A stretch of DNA of 64,000 nucleotides, taken from the NCBI GenBank assembly GCA_964016885.1, contig OZ024743.1:190774001-190838000 (forward strand), read 5' to 3'. The notes beneath the pieces were generated by a model. It made no database searches, was not told the DNA's origin, and worked only from the letters and a program-made list of their open reading frames with translations. Every line of letters begins with the position of its first letter. Positions within the stretch are counted from its first letter, which is position 1. This DNA is from Eledone cirrhosa (Eukaryota). Shown in pieces: positions 63,414 through 64,000 of this stretch. The position numbers were made by a program, and so were the translations under genes.

Positions 63414-64000
63414 TTCTCTCCATATATATATATATATATATATATATGGAGAGAGGGAGTACATGCATATTTGAGTGTGTGTACTATAATACTATCACCA
63501 ATATAATCCCTTAAGTTTGTAACAATAATTCGCCTTATTTATTTTAACTTTCCTATGTCTCCTAGCCACGATAATATTTTGAAGTATACGTTTAGAGTTT
63601 CAACGAGTTATGCATTTACAACAATTTTAGCTATGAGCAAGCACCACAGGCAACATTCTCTTCGGTTCGCGTGATAGCTAGTATCATCGATCTTAGATTT
63701 CAATGAACTATCTACGTTCTACGTATAATTTCCGTACAAATTCTTGTATCTTGGCAGCATTGATGTTATCTGGCAATTTTTTAGTCATGAATTTACAAAA
63801 ATAAACTGTTTGTCAATTTGCTTTTAAGTTTTGTTTGCTTCATTTGGACAACAGCATCTCAATTTCTCAGTAACACAGCAACTTCACTCATTCTATGTAT
63901 TTTACATTTTTCCCTCGTTTGTAGTGTTTTGTGTGTATCTTTACATCCCTGTTCAACGAATTTTACACCCGAATAGAAACATGAGTAAACAATGAAGTAG

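Overview
Repeat-dense, AT-rich animal genomic DNA; the SINE families and extreme microsatellite load suggest a coleoid cephalopod such as Octopus (inference). No intact host gene is recognisable. Main content: (1) two head-to-tail Tx1/L1-clade non-LTR retrotransposons (0.1-11.2 kb, minus strand), each ending in a (TAA)n tract, with near-identical ORF2 but strongly diverged ORF1; (2) a 5'-truncated but uninterrupted RT plus restriction-like-endonuclease (R4/Dong-like) element inside a (TATG)n tract (21.2-24.15 kb); (3) many Penelope-like element (PLE) copies and relics (RT + C-terminal GIY-YIG at 28.7-31.3 kb and 53.5-57.6 kb, other clades as fragments); (4) tRNA-derived SINEs, several with 11-15 bp target-site duplications; (5) mariner, Tigger/pogo and RTE relics. 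The layer not explained by the ORF track is a set of more than 15 minimal type I hammerhead ribozyme (HHR) motifs, mostly with self-complementary stem III. They lie in small non-coding PLE-end modules inserted in (TA)n tracts as head-to-head inverted repeats or tandem direct repeats. They include a retrozyme-like tandem pair predicting a 718-nt unit RNA and a variant with a compensatory U3:A8 core. A 291-bp tandem unit in the same (TA)n setting carries a tRNA-like cloverleaf instead. All structures were read by eye; boundaries of decayed elements are approximate.
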